In this document: one piece after another, positions 44,739 to 55,755 of the stretch | Numbering within the stretch: position 1 is the first letter of the stretch | Layout: every line of letters starts with the position of its first letter | DNA from: an uncultured delta proteobacterium | Lineage (GTDB): Bacteria; Desulfobacterota; RBG-13-43-22 | Direction: 5' to 3' | Length of the DNA stretch: 64,000 bases | Assembly (NCBI GenBank): GCA_963790475.1 | Contig: CAWBOS010000013.1 | Span: 449,730 to 513,729, forward strand | Notes under the pieces: model-generated | Databases searched by the model: none | What the model saw: the letters and a program-made list of their open reading frames with translations, nothing else | Told to the model about the DNA's origin: nothing | Translations under genes and position numbers: made by a program

Positions 44739-46572
44739 ATGTGCGGCATTATCGGATACCTGGGTCCCCAGAATCCGGTGGAGGTCATTTTCGAAGGGTT
44801 AAAAAAATTGGAATACCGGGGCTACGATTCGGCCGGGATTGCCCTGATCCAGGACCAACACTTCGAGGTGCGCCGGAGCCAGGGCAAACTAAGTGAATTG
44901 GGCCGGCTTCTTTCCCAAAAACCCTGTTTCCGGCCGGATCGGGATCGGCCATACCCGCTGGGCCACCCACGGCCGGCCTTCGGAGACCAATGCCCATCCC
45001 CACGTGGCCGGACGGATCGCCCTGGTCCATAACGGGATCATCGAAAATTATCTGGATCTTAAAAAACAACTCTCAGCCGAAGGTTGTCAATTTTCATCGG
45101 AAACGGATTCGGAAATCGTCGCCCATTTGATCGACAAATATATAAAAGGCCGCACTCTGGTTAAAGCCGTTCAAATGGCCATGGAAAAGATCCGAGGATC
45201 CTATGCCTTGGTCATCCTGGACAGTCAGGACCCGGATCGGATCGTGGCCGTGCGCAAAGAATGCCCCTTGATTGTGGGAATCGGAGAAAAGGAATTTTTT
45301 ATTGCCTCCGATGTCCTGGCCTTTCTTCATCATACCAACCGGGTTATTTACCTGGATGATGGGGAAATGGCTGTCCTCGAAAAACCCTTTCCCCAGGTTA
45401 TGTCTTCAAAAAAGAGCAAAATTAAAAAAGAGGTCCAAAAAATCACCTGGAGCCCGGTCATGGCCGAGAAGGCCGGCTATAAACATTTCATGCAGAAAGA
45501 GATCTTCGAACAGCCCCAGGCCATCATCGATACCTTTCGCGGCCGGGTTTCACCGGAAAAAGGGGAGGTCCTTTTGCCGGAAATCGGCTTGACCGCCGAG
45601 GAATTGAAAGACATCGATCAGATCCATATCATTGCCTGCGGGACCTCCTGGCACGCAGCCCTGGTCGGCAAGTTTCTTCTGGAAGAATATTGCCGCATCC
45701 CAACGACTGTGGATTATGCCTCGGAATACCGTTACCGGAATCCCATTGTCAATCCCAGGACCCTGTTGATCCTGATTTCCCAATCCGGAGAAACGGCCGA
45801 CACCCTGGCGGCCTTTCGGGAAGGCAAAAAGAAAAAGGCCCGTGTCTTGGCCGTTTGCAATGTTGTCGGCAGCAGCATCGCCCGGGAGGCCGACGGGGTG
45901 ATCTATACCCATGCCGGTCCGGAAATCGGGGTGGCCTCGACCAAGGCCTTTACCACCCAATTAACGGCCCTTTATTCTGTTGACCCTCTATATCGGTCAA
46001 ACCTTAAAAAAGATTACCCGAAAAGACCGGCTGACCATGATTCAGGAACTTTTGCGCATCCCTCATGGAATAGAAGCAGATATTGGAGGAGGAAGGCCAG
46101 ATTCAGGCCATTGCCCAAAGATATTTTCAGGCCCAGGATTTTTTATTTCTGGGCCGGGGCATCCATTACCCCATTGCCCTGGAAGGGGCCTTGAAATTAA
46201 AAGAAATCTCTTATATCCATGCCGAAGGATACCCGGCCGGTGAAATGAAGCATGGCCCAATCGCTTTGATTGACGAAAAGATGCCTACCGTATTTCTGGT
46301 CCCTGCGAACGAAATTCAGGAAAAAGTGCTCAGCAACATGGAAGAGGTCCGGGCCCGCGGCGGGATTATCATCGCCCTGACCGATGGAAAAAAAGGGAGG
46401 GAAAGTCGGACTCAAGGCCAATGATTTGATACAACTCCCCAAGGCCGGCTGGGGATTATCCCCGATTCTATATACCGTCCCCTTGCAATTGCTGGCTTAT
46501 CATGTCGCCGTATTACGGGGAACCGACGTGGACCAGCCGCGCAACCTGGCCAAGAGTGTTATGGTGGAGTAA
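44739..46572 (+). CDS. glmS: glutamine-fructose-6-phosphate aminotransferase, three frameshifts (probable sequence errors)
   Basis: [43 protein letters not shown] over four ORFs. Confidence 0.95.
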
Positions 46573-46575
46573 AAA

Positions 46576-46650
46576 TAGCTTACTGCTCCAAGGTCATAGC
46601 TTATAGGAGAAAAATCCTTTTAACTATGAGCTATCAGCTATGAGCTGACA
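46576..46650. repeat. inverted heptamer arrays (TAGCTYA)n ... (TGAGCTA)n
   Basis: tagcttactgct..catagcttata ... actatgagctatcagctatgagctg. Confidence 0.55.
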
Positions 46651-46666
46651 ACAATGACGCCGGAAA

Positions 46667-46900
46667 GTGAAAACCCCAAAGATGAATATTTCAAACCAAT
46701 GTCCTTCGGACGTTAAAAGAAAACACCCTTGTCCGGATTGTCATTTCTGCCAGGGGTGTTCCCAGGATCGCTGCCGCCTGTGCCGGTCTCCAAAAAAAAC
46801 ACCTCCAAAGAAGCTTTCGATGGCCGAACAGATTGCCTTGTTTGAACGGATCAATAAAAAGAAAGACAAAAAAAGGGAACAAGTTGTTGTAAAAAAATGA
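46667..46900 (+). CDS. small Cys-rich protein
   Basis: KHPCPDCHFCQGCSQDRCRLCR then LSMAEQIALFE. Confidence 0.55.
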   Translation: MKTPKMNISNQCPSDVKRKHPCPDCHFCQGCSQDRCRLCRSPKKTPPKKLSMAEQIALFERINKKKDKKREQVVVKK

Positions 46901-46926
46901 TGTTCATAACCTTATAGTCAAACCCC

Positions 46927-47000
46927 AAATCCCCCTCAATCCCCCTTTTCCAAAGGGGGAATTCCCCCTCCCTTTGACAAAGGGAGGTTGGGAGGGATTT
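46927..47000. repeat. palindromic repeat AAATCCCCCTC...GAGGGATTT with two internal hairpins
   Basis: tcccccttttccaaaggggga; ctccctttgacaaagggag. Confidence 0.7.
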
Positions 47001-47040
47001 TTAAATACACTTTCAATTATACAAAGAAAGAAATAATAGT

Positions 47041-49380
47041 ATGAAACAGGCTTATCCCGACATCTTAAAACTAATCGGCCATACCCCCCTGGTCCGTTTG
47101 AACCGATTGAATCCCAATAAAAAAGTGGCCATCTGGGCAAAAATCGAATCTTTTAATCCCGGCGGATCGGTCAAGGACCGCATCGCCCTGTCCATGATCG
47201 AGGCGGCGGAAAAAAGCGGGGCCCTGACCAGAGACAAGACCATCATCGAGGCCACCTCCGGCAACACCGGAATCGGTCTGGCCATGGTGGCGGCCGTGAA
47301 GGGTTATCCCCTCCTTTTGGCTATGCCCGAATCGGCCAGTGTGGAACGGCAAAAGATCCTTAAGGCTTACGGGGCCAGGCTCCTATTGACCCCGGCCCAC
47401 CAGGGGACCGACGGTTCCATTGAAACGGTTTATCAAATGGCCCGGGAGCATCCGGACCAATACTGCCTTCTCGATCAATTCAACAATCCGGCCAATATAG
47501 CGGCTCACTACCAGGGCACCGGATCGGAAATTTGGGAACAGACCAGGGGCAAGGTGACCATGGTCGTGGCCACCATGGGCACCACCGGAACCCTTATGGG
47601 CCTGACCCGGCGGCTGAAAGAATTGAATCCGGCGATAAAGATCATCGGGATGGAACCTTATTTGGGCCATAAAATCCAGGGGCTCAAAAACATGAAGGAA
47701 TCCTATAAGCCGGGGATTTATGACAAAAGTATCTTAGACGAAGTGGTCCATGTGGAGGACGAGGAAGCCTTTGAAACCGCCCGCAGGATGGCCAGGGAAG
47801 AAGGGCTCCTGGTGGGGATGAGTTCCGGAGCGGCCGTCGCCGCCGCCCTGCATCAGGCCCAGCATCTAAAAAAAGGACTGATCGTGGTCATCTGCCCGGA
47901 CGGAGGCGAACGCTATCTGAGCACCACCCTGTTTGCGGAAAAGGAAAAGGCCGGCTTGTTCTTTTATAATACCCTGACCCGGAAAAAAGAGGCCTTTGTG
48001 CCCATCAAAGAAGGAAAAGTCTCCATCTATTCCTGCGGTCCGACAGTGGACAATCTGATTCATCTCGGTCCCTGCCGACGGTTTGTCATGGCCGACCTTT
48101 TGCGCCGCTATTTGGAATTCAAGGGCCTGGAAGTTTTCCATATCATGAATATTACCGATTTGCATGATCGGACCATTTTTGGAGCCGAGGCCGCCGGGCA
48201 ACCCCTGAGCGAGTTCACCGGTCATTACGCGGAAGAATTTTTGAAGGACATCGATACCCTGCGAATCAAGCGGGCCGCCCATTACCCCAAGGCCAGTGAA
48301 CACGTGGAAGACATGCTGGCCCTGACCCGGACCTTACTGAACAAGGGCTTTGCCTATGAAAAACTCCGCTCATTATATTTTGATATCTCCCGCTTTAAGG
48401 ATTACGGCCGGCTTTCCCGGGTGGATTTAAAACAGATCCAGGTGGGAAAAACCGTGGACCTGGATGAATATGAGAAAGACAACCCCAGGGACTTCACCCT
48501 GCTCAAACGCTCCAACCTGGCGGAATTGAAAAAAGGGATTTATGTGGCCACCGAATGGGGCAATGTCCGTCCGGGGTGGCATATCGAGTGTTCGGCCATG
48601 GCCCAGAAATACCTGGGGGAGACCTTCGACATCCACACCAGCGGCGTGGATCTGATTTTCCCCCATCACGAAAATGAAATCGCCATCAGCGAAGCCGCCA
48701 GCGGGAAAAAGTTCGTCAATTACTGGCTGCACAGCGAATTGGTTACCGTGGACGGAAAGAAGATGTCCCGGGCCGCCGGCAATGTCCGGACCTTGCGCGA
48801 TCTGCTGGACCAGGGCTTTACCGGGCGCGAGGTCCGCTACTGGCTCCTGTCCACCCACTATCGTAAACCCCTGGCCTTTACCCTGAAGTCCCTGGAGGCT
48901 TCACGGAAGACCTTACAACGTCTGGATGAGTTTATTCAAAAACTCTATACGGTTCAGCCCGGCTCGGAGGAAACCGCCGAAGTGGGAGAGGCCCTTTTTC
49001 TTTTCAAGACCAAATTTAAAGAGGCCATGGATGATGATCTGAACATTGCCCTGGCCCTGTCGGCCTTATTCAAACTGGTCCGGGCCATCAATCCCATCCT
49101 GGTGGGAAAAAGGATCTCGGCCTCGGAATTCACGGAAATCGATCAGGTCCTGCGAAAGGTCAATTCAGTATTACAGATTCTGGATTTCCCGGAAACGGGG
49201 TTGCCGGTGGAAGTGCAAAACTTATTAAATCGCCGGGAAACGGCCCGCCGGAAGAAAGAGTTTGTCGAAGCCGATCGGCTCAGGGATCAGATCTGCGCTC
49301 GCGGGTATCGTTTGATCGATCTTAAAGACAAGACCATCTGCACCCAGTGCAGTCAAAAGGAAGACCGATGCCCCGAGTAG
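47041..49380 (+). CDS. cysS: cysteine synthase - cysteinyl-tRNA synthetase fusion
   Basis: N-terminal [18 protein letters not shown]; C-terminal CGPTV, GWHIECSAM, DLIFPHHENE, KMSRA in one 779-aa ORF. Confidence 0.92.
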   Translation: MKQAYPDILKLIGHTPLVRLNRLNPNKKVAIWAKIESFNPGGSVKDRIALSMIEAAEKSGALTRDKTIIEATSGNTGIGLAMVAAVKGYPLLLAMPESASVERQKILKAYGARLLLTPAHQGTDGSIETVYQMAREHPDQYCLLDQFNNPANIAAHYQGTGSEIWEQTRGKVTMVVATMGTTGTLMGLTRRLKELNPAIKIIGMEPYLGHKIQGLKNMKESYKPGIYDKSILDEVVHVEDEEAFETARRMAREEGLLVGMSSGAAVAAALHQAQHLKKGLIVVICPDGGERYLSTTLFAEKEKAGLFFYNTLTRKKEAFVPIKEGKVSIYSCGPTVDNLIHLGPCRRFVMADLLRRYLEFKGLEVFHIMNITDLHDRTIFGAEAAGQPLSEFTGHYAEEFLKDIDTLRIKRAAHYPKASEHVEDMLALTRTLLNKGFAYEKLRSLYFDISRFKDYGRLSRVDLKQIQVGKTVDLDEYEKDNPRDFTLLKRSNLAELKKGIYVATEWGNVRPGWHIECSAMAQKYLGETFDIHTSGVDLIFPHHENEIAISEAASGKKFVNYWLHSELVTVDGKKMSRAAGNVRTLRDLLDQGFTGREVRYWLLSTHYRKPLAFTLKSLEASRKTLQRLDEFIQKLYTVQPGSEETAEVGEALFLFKTKFKEAMDDDLNIALALSALFKLVRAINPILVGKRISASEFTEIDQVLRKVNSVLQILDFPETGLPVEVQNLLNRRETARRKKEFVEADRLRDQICARGYRLIDLKDKTICTQCSQKEDRCPE

Positions 49381-49995
49381 ACGATTTTAAGAACACTCTG
49401 GAAATTGCCAGGGAGGCCTTCAAAGAAAAAGATCCCCGAGATCATATCACTGAACAGCGGGGCGGTTTATCAGGTTGAAACCAATGGGGCTTTCCTTGAA
49501 TTGCCATTTCTCAACCGGAAGATCAAAATCACCTGGCCTGAAGGGGAGGTGATTACTCCTGAAGGCACCAAAGAACTCTCGCTCCAGGAACAGGGACTGA
49601 TCCTGCATTATCTGATTCAGGCCACAGGGGCTCCTCTGGCCAACGCCTGGATCACCTTCCGCGAAATCCCTTCCGGGGAATTTTATTATTCGGCCTTTAC
49701 CAAAAGGGCCAGGGATCCACTGGTTCAGACCTTTGGTCAAAATCCCGGGCTTCTAACTGAACTCGGAACCAAGATGGGCGGAATCAAGCGTGAAGAAGGG
49801 GATGCCTCCTTGTGTTTTCAGGTTTTCCCCAGAATCCCCGTCTGTCTGATTCTCTGGGCCGGAGACGAAGAATTCCCGCCCGACGGCAACCTTCTTTTTG
49901 ATGCCAGCATCTCCAAATACCTGTCAGCCGAGGACATCGCCGTCCTTTCCGGCACCGTCGTTTATCCCCTGATCGGGATGGCTTATAAAAGATAA
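49368..49995 (+). CDS. DUF3786-like protein, frameshift near 49435
   Basis: LILHYL, WITFREIPSG, GDEEFP, LSAEDI; likely start MPRVDDFK in another frame. Confidence 0.75.
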
Positions 49996-50071
49996 ACAGC
50001 CTACCGGAAACCAGGCCCCTTATTTTCGGGCAATGAAAGTCCTGTCTATCGGGAGACCTTTATCCCTTTAT

Positions 50072-50530
50072 TCAGGCCAGGGCCCTGAATATTTCCTCTA
50101 TATCCGGCAACTGACTGATAGGATACACTTTGACGAAAAGGACCCGGTGCTTTTCGTCAAGAACAACATTGGCCCTCTCGGAAAAACCGTCGGCTGGCCT
50201 GAAGAGGCCATAGGCCTTGGCGACCTTGCCGTGAGGCCAGAAGTCGCACAACAACGGAGTATGTTGAATGCCAAGTGTTTTGGCCCAGGCGTTTTTGGAA
50301 GGGACCGTGTCAACACTCAACCCCAGGGCGACCGTGTTAAGAAGAGCAAACCGGTCCTTGTTGGCTTCCAGCGCCTTCATCTGATCGGCACAGACACCGG
50401 TCCAGGCCAGGGGGTGAAAGGAAAGAAGCACCTTCTTCCCCTTAAAACCCGACAATCGGATCTCTTTATCCCGGTTATCCTTAAGTACAAACGGCTTCGC
50501 TTTTTCACCTTTCTCAATCAATTTTTTCAT
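50072..50530 (-). CDS. peroxiredoxin (AhpC/TSA family)
   Basis: FHPLAWTGVC, DFWPHG.VA..YG, SERA. Confidence 0.9.
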   Translation of the reverse strand: MKKLIEKGEKAKPFVLKDNRDKEIRLSGFKGKKVLLSFHPLAWTGVCADQMKALEANKDRFALLNTVALGLSVDTVPSKNAWAKTLGIQHTPLLCDFWPHGKVAKAYGLFRPADGFSERANVVLDEKHRVLFVKVYPISQLPDIEEIFRALA

Positions 50531-50602
50531 GTTCCCTCCTTCACTTTTCTTGGGCCTTTACAGCCTGTGTGGACTGGTTCGTTAATCCATTAATGATCTT
50601 AT

Positions 50603-51022
50603 TCATCTCATGAAAATTGGAACATTCGCCATCTTTGCCGCTTTGATCAATCGACTATCCAGGGTAGCTATGGGAAGGCCTTTCCTCATGGATAGACCGA
50701 GATATGAGGCATCGTAGCTGGAAAGGTTGTTCGCCCTGGCTAAAGCTAAGACATCCGTCATAAATCTTTCCGACCGTTCTTGTTCCACGATGATCGGAAG
50801 TTGAGACAATAAGGTAAGAAACCGGATACTATCCGCTTCCCTAAGGCGCTTTTTACGTTCGGCCACTAATAATACATTAGTCACCTCGAGCGGCCAGATT
50901 GCCGGGACGAAGGCAGTCGCTTCGGAAAGACGTTCCAATACCTTATCGGAATAAGGATTGGCTTCATCTTTGAAACACCATGACATTACGATAGAATTGT
51001 CAACAACAAATGATGTGCCCAC
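50603..51022 (-). CDS. vapC: VapC PIN-domain toxin
   Basis: VVDNS..MSW, WPLEV.N, YDASY, ATLD. Confidence 0.9.
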   Translation of the reverse strand: MGTSFVVDNSIVMSWCFKDEANPYSDKVLERLSEATAFVPAIWPLEVTNVLLVAERKKRLREADSIRFLTLLSQLPIIVEQERSERFMTDVLALARANNLSSYDASYLGLSMRKGLPIATLDSRLIKAAKMANVPIFMR

Positions 51023-51262
51023 TTAGCGCCTCCCATCCTCTATCATTCGGCGAATGGTAAGCCGGCCGAGGCTGTGTTCACTGCGGAATTTCCGAAGTTC
51101 GGCGATCACCGCTTTGGTATCGGCAGATATCTCGGAGACGGCGGGTCGCAATTCCGCTACGGGAATTCCGTGTTTGGTGATGGTGATATGCTCGCCCTTC
51201 AACACCCGCTCCAGCAATTTTGGCAAATGGGTTTTGGCTTCATAGGCGCCGACGGTTTCCAT
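51023..51262 (-). CDS. Phd/YefM antitoxin
   Basis: VGAYEAKTHLPKLLERV..GE.ITITKHG.PVA. Confidence 0.92.
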   Translation of the reverse strand: METVGAYEAKTHLPKLLERVLKGEHITITKHGIPVAELRPAVSEISADTKAVIAELRKFRSEHSLGRLTIRRMIEDGRR

Positions 51263-51355
51263 TTTGGTCTCCTTAGACTAGTTGTTAGACCAGTCTAACA
51301 CCATTAGAAAATTTTTTCAACATAATCTTAGAAATCAGAAGGCCATAACTTTCCG

Positions 51356-51793
51356 TCAATTATTCTGATCATATTTCGGCTTCTCCACATAAACCTTCAT
51401 CAGGATCTTGCCCCATCCTCCCTTTTCCAGGCCGACATCCGTGCACTGGACGATATTGAAGTTGGTAAATTCCGGATCGGATTTTGAGACCAGCCGCTCA
51501 TAAATGGCCGGAAGCTGACTGGACACGGGTCCCAGAGCGAACATACACATCCGCTTCGGGCTCGCTTCGGCGATAAGCTGTCCGCCGGCGGTCATGACGA
51601 ACCGGTCCCCCACCTTATGTTGGGCATGGCAGCCTTGAGATTCGATCACTTCGGCAATAACCCGAGTCTTGACGAACTCGGGGGTCTCAGTGACCATCTT
51701 CACCTTCTTGGGATCGGAACGAAAGAGACGCATCTCCTCATCCGTGTATCCCATGTGCTTCTGAAAACGTTTCCAGATTTCTTCTTTCTCCAT
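51356..51793 (-). CDS. conserved hypothetical Cys-containing protein
   Basis: GCHAQHKVGD, MCMFAL, QCTD.G motif spacing; good RBS. Confidence 0.7.
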   Translation of the reverse strand: MEKEEIWKRFQKHMGYTDEEMRLFRSDPKKVKMVTETPEFVKTRVIAEVIESQGCHAQHKVGDRFVMTAGGQLIAEASPKRMCMFALGPVSSQLPAIYERLVSKSDPEFTNFNIVQCTDVGLEKGGWGKILMKVYVEKPKYDQNN

Positions 51794-51863
51794 GTTTCTC
51801 CTCCTTTTTTTTTTAGAATAAGAAAATTAGTAACACTTTAGCTGTTTGAAAAGAAATATTTTC

Positions 51864-52048
51864 TCACCGCAAAGACGCAAAGGACGCAGAGAGAATCATT
51901 TTTGTTCAATCCCATGAGAGGCGGGATTGAACAACCCGCTCTGGCCTTCGGCCAAATAATTCCCCGGAGGGTAGCGAAGCTATGTGTTTGCCGGCCTCTG
52001 ACGGCAAACACAATTATTCTCTTAGCGCTCTTTGCGCCTTTGCGGTGA
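51864..52048. repeat. intact ~185-bp MITE-like palindromic repeat
   Basis: TCACCGCAAAGACGCAAAG ... CTTTGCGCCTTTGCGGTGA termini, internal hairpins. Confidence 0.88.
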
Positions 52049-52102
52049 AAACAGTTTTTTTCAAAAAACTAAACTGAGACAAAAATTATAATTATTCCCG
52101 CT

Positions 52103-53053
52103 TTACTTCCCCGATTTCCTTCCGGCCCCGAAGAGTTTGGGCATACGGGACAACAAGGAAAAGTCACCCTGGACTTTATACAAACCCTGCATCAGGGCTT
52201 TCGGCCGGTCAATTTCCCCCTTAGCCATTTTGACCCAGACTTCCGCGGAAGACTCAATGGTCAAAGAGGGGTCCGGGATCCGGCCTGGCTTGACCTCACA
52301 TTTCCCTCCGGAAATGGAAAGCACCCATTGTCCTCCATCGTCACCGGAGATAAGAAATTGGATGAAAGCCTGAAGGTTTCCAGCGGCTTCCGGATCGAAA
52401 GCGCCGGGCATTCCCTCAATCAATTCCGAGGCGGAATCAGGAATCTCAGCCGCCGCTGCCGGGTCAACGGGATATTTCTTCCTTAGATAATATTCAGGAT
52501 ATTTCTTGGAAAAAACCAGCCCGATCCCCAGACAGAGGGTAAAGGGAATAATGATCGCATAAAGGGGTTTCCCCTGCCCCCAGGTGCTGGATAGGAAACA
52601 GGCAAAAAAGATACCGCTCCACAAATAGGTGATGTGAAAATTAATAAGGCGAAAATCATCCGTTTCCCAGACCGAAGGGGGTGACCATAGTTTGGCCATA
52701 GCATAGGTAAAAGGATCGTATCCGAAAAGCTGGGGCAGAAAGGTCATCAGGAAAAGGGTGAAATAAAGGATGGACACCGAATGATCCACGAAAAGATGGG
52801 CCGGCCTGGACGGAAGAAGAAAGACCCAAAACGTCCCGACCAAAAGGAAACCCAGAAAGGCCTTTTCCAAATAGGTGTTGGTTTTGAGGACTCTCCTGGC
52901 GGCCACATATTGGATCAGGGCCAGTATGAAGCCGATCAAAACAGCCGCCTTGGCCTGCTCCCAGGTGGCCTGGCCCACCCGGGCGATGGTCTTAAAGGTG
53001 GCCACAGGGATAAACGAGGTGACAAACAGGACCTTATCCAAAGGGAGAGCCAT
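52103..53053 (-). CDS. membrane protein with C-terminal SCP2 lipid-binding domain
   Basis: About 6 TM helices, then FDPEAAG.LQA.IQF..SG, ALMQG.YKVQGD. Confidence 0.8.
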   Translation of the reverse strand: MALPLDKVLFVTSFIPVATFKTIARVGQATWEQAKAAVLIGFILALIQYVAARRVLKTNTYLEKAFLGFLLVGTFWVFLLPSRPAHLFVDHSVSILYFTLFLMTFLPQLFGYDPFTYAMAKLWSPPSVWETDDFRLINFHITYLWSGIFFACFLSSTWGQGKPLYAIIIPFTLCLGIGLVFSKKYPEYYLRKKYPVDPAAAAEIPDSASELIEGMPGAFDPEAAGNLQAFIQFLISGDDGGQWVLSISGGKCEVKPGRIPDPSLTIESSAEVWVKMAKGEIDRPKALMQGLYKVQGDFSLLSRMPKLFGAGRKSGK

Positions 53054-53161
53054 AATTCCTTCCATCAGCCTTTATTCAAAATCCGATTCCGTTTGGGTTG
53101 CGATTCTTACCGGGACTTATCAGGTGTAACGCCGAGGCAAGGATAAACAGCAGACCTTGCC

Positions 53162-53662
53162 TCAAGAATCGGTTGCCTTGGCCTGGTTATGCCGTTTCTT
53201 GGCATAAAAGACTACAAAAATAAAAATACCAGCCAGAATGGCCAAATCGGCCACATTGAAAACGCCAGTCCGTATTGGACCTATACCCATATTCATGAAA
53301 TCGATAACCGCCCCTTGATTCAGGATCCGGTCGATTAAATTGCCCAAGCCGCCGCCAATGATTAGCGCGCTTGATGCTACAGCCAAGAGCTTAAGCTCTT
53401 GGTTGCGAATCACAAAAAACAAAAATCCAACTAGAAATATAGATACCAAAACAACGAATATTGTTTGACGAATATTTTCCGGCAGGCCGGCACCCAAACT
53501 TAGAAAGGCCCCGCTATTCTCGGTGTAACTCAGCCTGAAAAAATCTCCCGGATAGCTCAGGGTCTGCCGCCCTTCCAGGAAATGTTTGGCAGCGTATTTT
53601 GTACCCTGATCACAACCAACACAGATGAATAAAAGAATAAATAACACGAAATATTTTCTCAT
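53162..53662 (-). CDS. lspA: lipoprotein signal peptidase II
   Basis: DQGTK, ENSGAFLS, GGLGNLIDR, VIDF, FNVAD. Confidence 0.93.
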   Translation of the reverse strand: MRKYFVLFILLFICVGCDQGTKYAAKHFLEGRQTLSYPGDFFRLSYTENSGAFLSLGAGLPENIRQTIFVVLVSIFLVGFLFFVIRNQELKLLAVASSALIIGGGLGNLIDRILNQGAVIDFMNMGIGPIRTGVFNVADLAILAGIFIFVVFYAKKRHNQAKATDS

Positions 53663-53718
53663 AAATATTTTCTCTATGCTATAGCTGCGCTGTACGACAC
53701 ACCCGAGTCTCGGCGCTG

Positions 53719-54835
<1,117 letters not shown>

Positions 54836-54969
54836 TGCCTTTTTCGCAGATTACGCATGGTGTCCAATTACCTCAATTTTGATGTCGAATGCCGCGCTTA
54901 ACCCGACGGGCAAGAAAAAAAATTGTTTGACAGTTTTACAAAAGTTCAAAAAACAAAAACTCCTGATAG

Positions 54970-55009
54970 AGCGAACGCCTATCCGGGCTAGTTCAAGCGC
55001 TTGTTCTGC
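54970..55009 (-). other. shortened attC-like site after brnA
   Basis: GCAGAAC...GTTCGCT; near-complement of the cassette start GTTCCGC. Confidence 0.4.
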
Positions 55010-55291
55010 CGGAATGATTTTTGTGTGCTTCTTTGTAAGCCTTAAGCAACGAGTTAATTCGTGTTTGATAACCTGTTCCCTGTTTTTTAAACCATGTTAA
55101 AACATCATCATCTATCCGTAAGGTAACCTGGCTTTTTCGTACCACAGGTTTCAGCCCTTTCTAAGAATAGCTTTTGCAAACATTTCGGGAGTAACCTCAG
55201 GATTATCAGAAAAATCTATTTCATTATCTTGAAGTTTATCAACTCGTTCCCAGTCAGTCTGGGATTTGGGAGAAATATGCTTTTTCTTCAT
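54993..55291 (-). CDS. brnA: BrnA-family antitoxin, frameshift near 55135 (absent from ORF track)
   Basis: MKKKHISPKSQTDWERV..IDFSDNPE then VTLRIDDDVLTWFK..GTGYQTRIN. Confidence 0.8.
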
Positions 55292-55529
55292 ATTTTGTCG
55301 CCTTTCGTATTGAAATAATTCTTATGGAATTTTCGGTTTCTGTGTGAACGACCACAACGACTCTACCATCCAGAATCCCAAATGTAACAAAACGCTCTTC
55401 TCCATAATTAAAGCGATAATCTTCAATTGTAAGAGTATAGCCGGCAAAAATCATTGGAGCATTAATGAAATCAATTCCATGCTTCCTAATATTCGATTTG
55501 CGCTTTATATCATCCCATTCAAAATTCAT
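55254..55529 (-). CDS. brnT: BrnT-family toxin
   Basis: FEWDD.KRKSN.RKHGIDF, YGEER, RIISIRKAT. Confidence 0.93.
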   Translation of the reverse strand: MNFEWDDIKRKSNIRKHGIDFINAPMIFAGYTLTIEDYRFNYGEERFVTFGILDGRVVVVVHTETENSIRIISIRKATKYEEKAYFSQIPD

Positions 55530-55534
55530 ATATT

Positions 55535-55563
55535 ATTGTAGTTACAATTTGTCAATACGTCAA
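55535..55563 (-). promoter_or_regulatory. sigma70 promoter of brnTA with palindromic operator
   Basis: TTGACG-17-TACAAT on minus; ATTGTA-N2-TACAAT palindrome over the -10. Confidence 0.7.
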
Positions 55564-55617
55564 GTGTTATTATTTTATATCATTGACGTCTTAAAGGCAG
55601 AATCGAGGCGCAGTTGC

Positions 55618-55728
55618 GCGGAACAAGTTATTCTAATATTTCTGGATAACTCCATAATCCAGGGGGTTCCTTCAGGACTGTATAAAAGAAATTTCATGTT
55701 GTCTGCCCTGCCCGGGATTTCAGCGAAA
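55618..55728 (-). other. attI-like site copy B (long form)
   Basis: About 105 bp similar to 58504-58612, ending AGAATAACTT-GTTCCGC. Confidence 0.55.
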
Positions 55729-55755
55729 CCAACGACCACACTAGCTTCTCGGGAA

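Noticed and set aside
44739-46572. glmS as a true pseudogene
   Set aside because: Essential gene with intact motifs; the breaks, some in homopolymer runs, fit long-read errors, as in the nitroreductase, ADH, DUF3786 and brnA genes.
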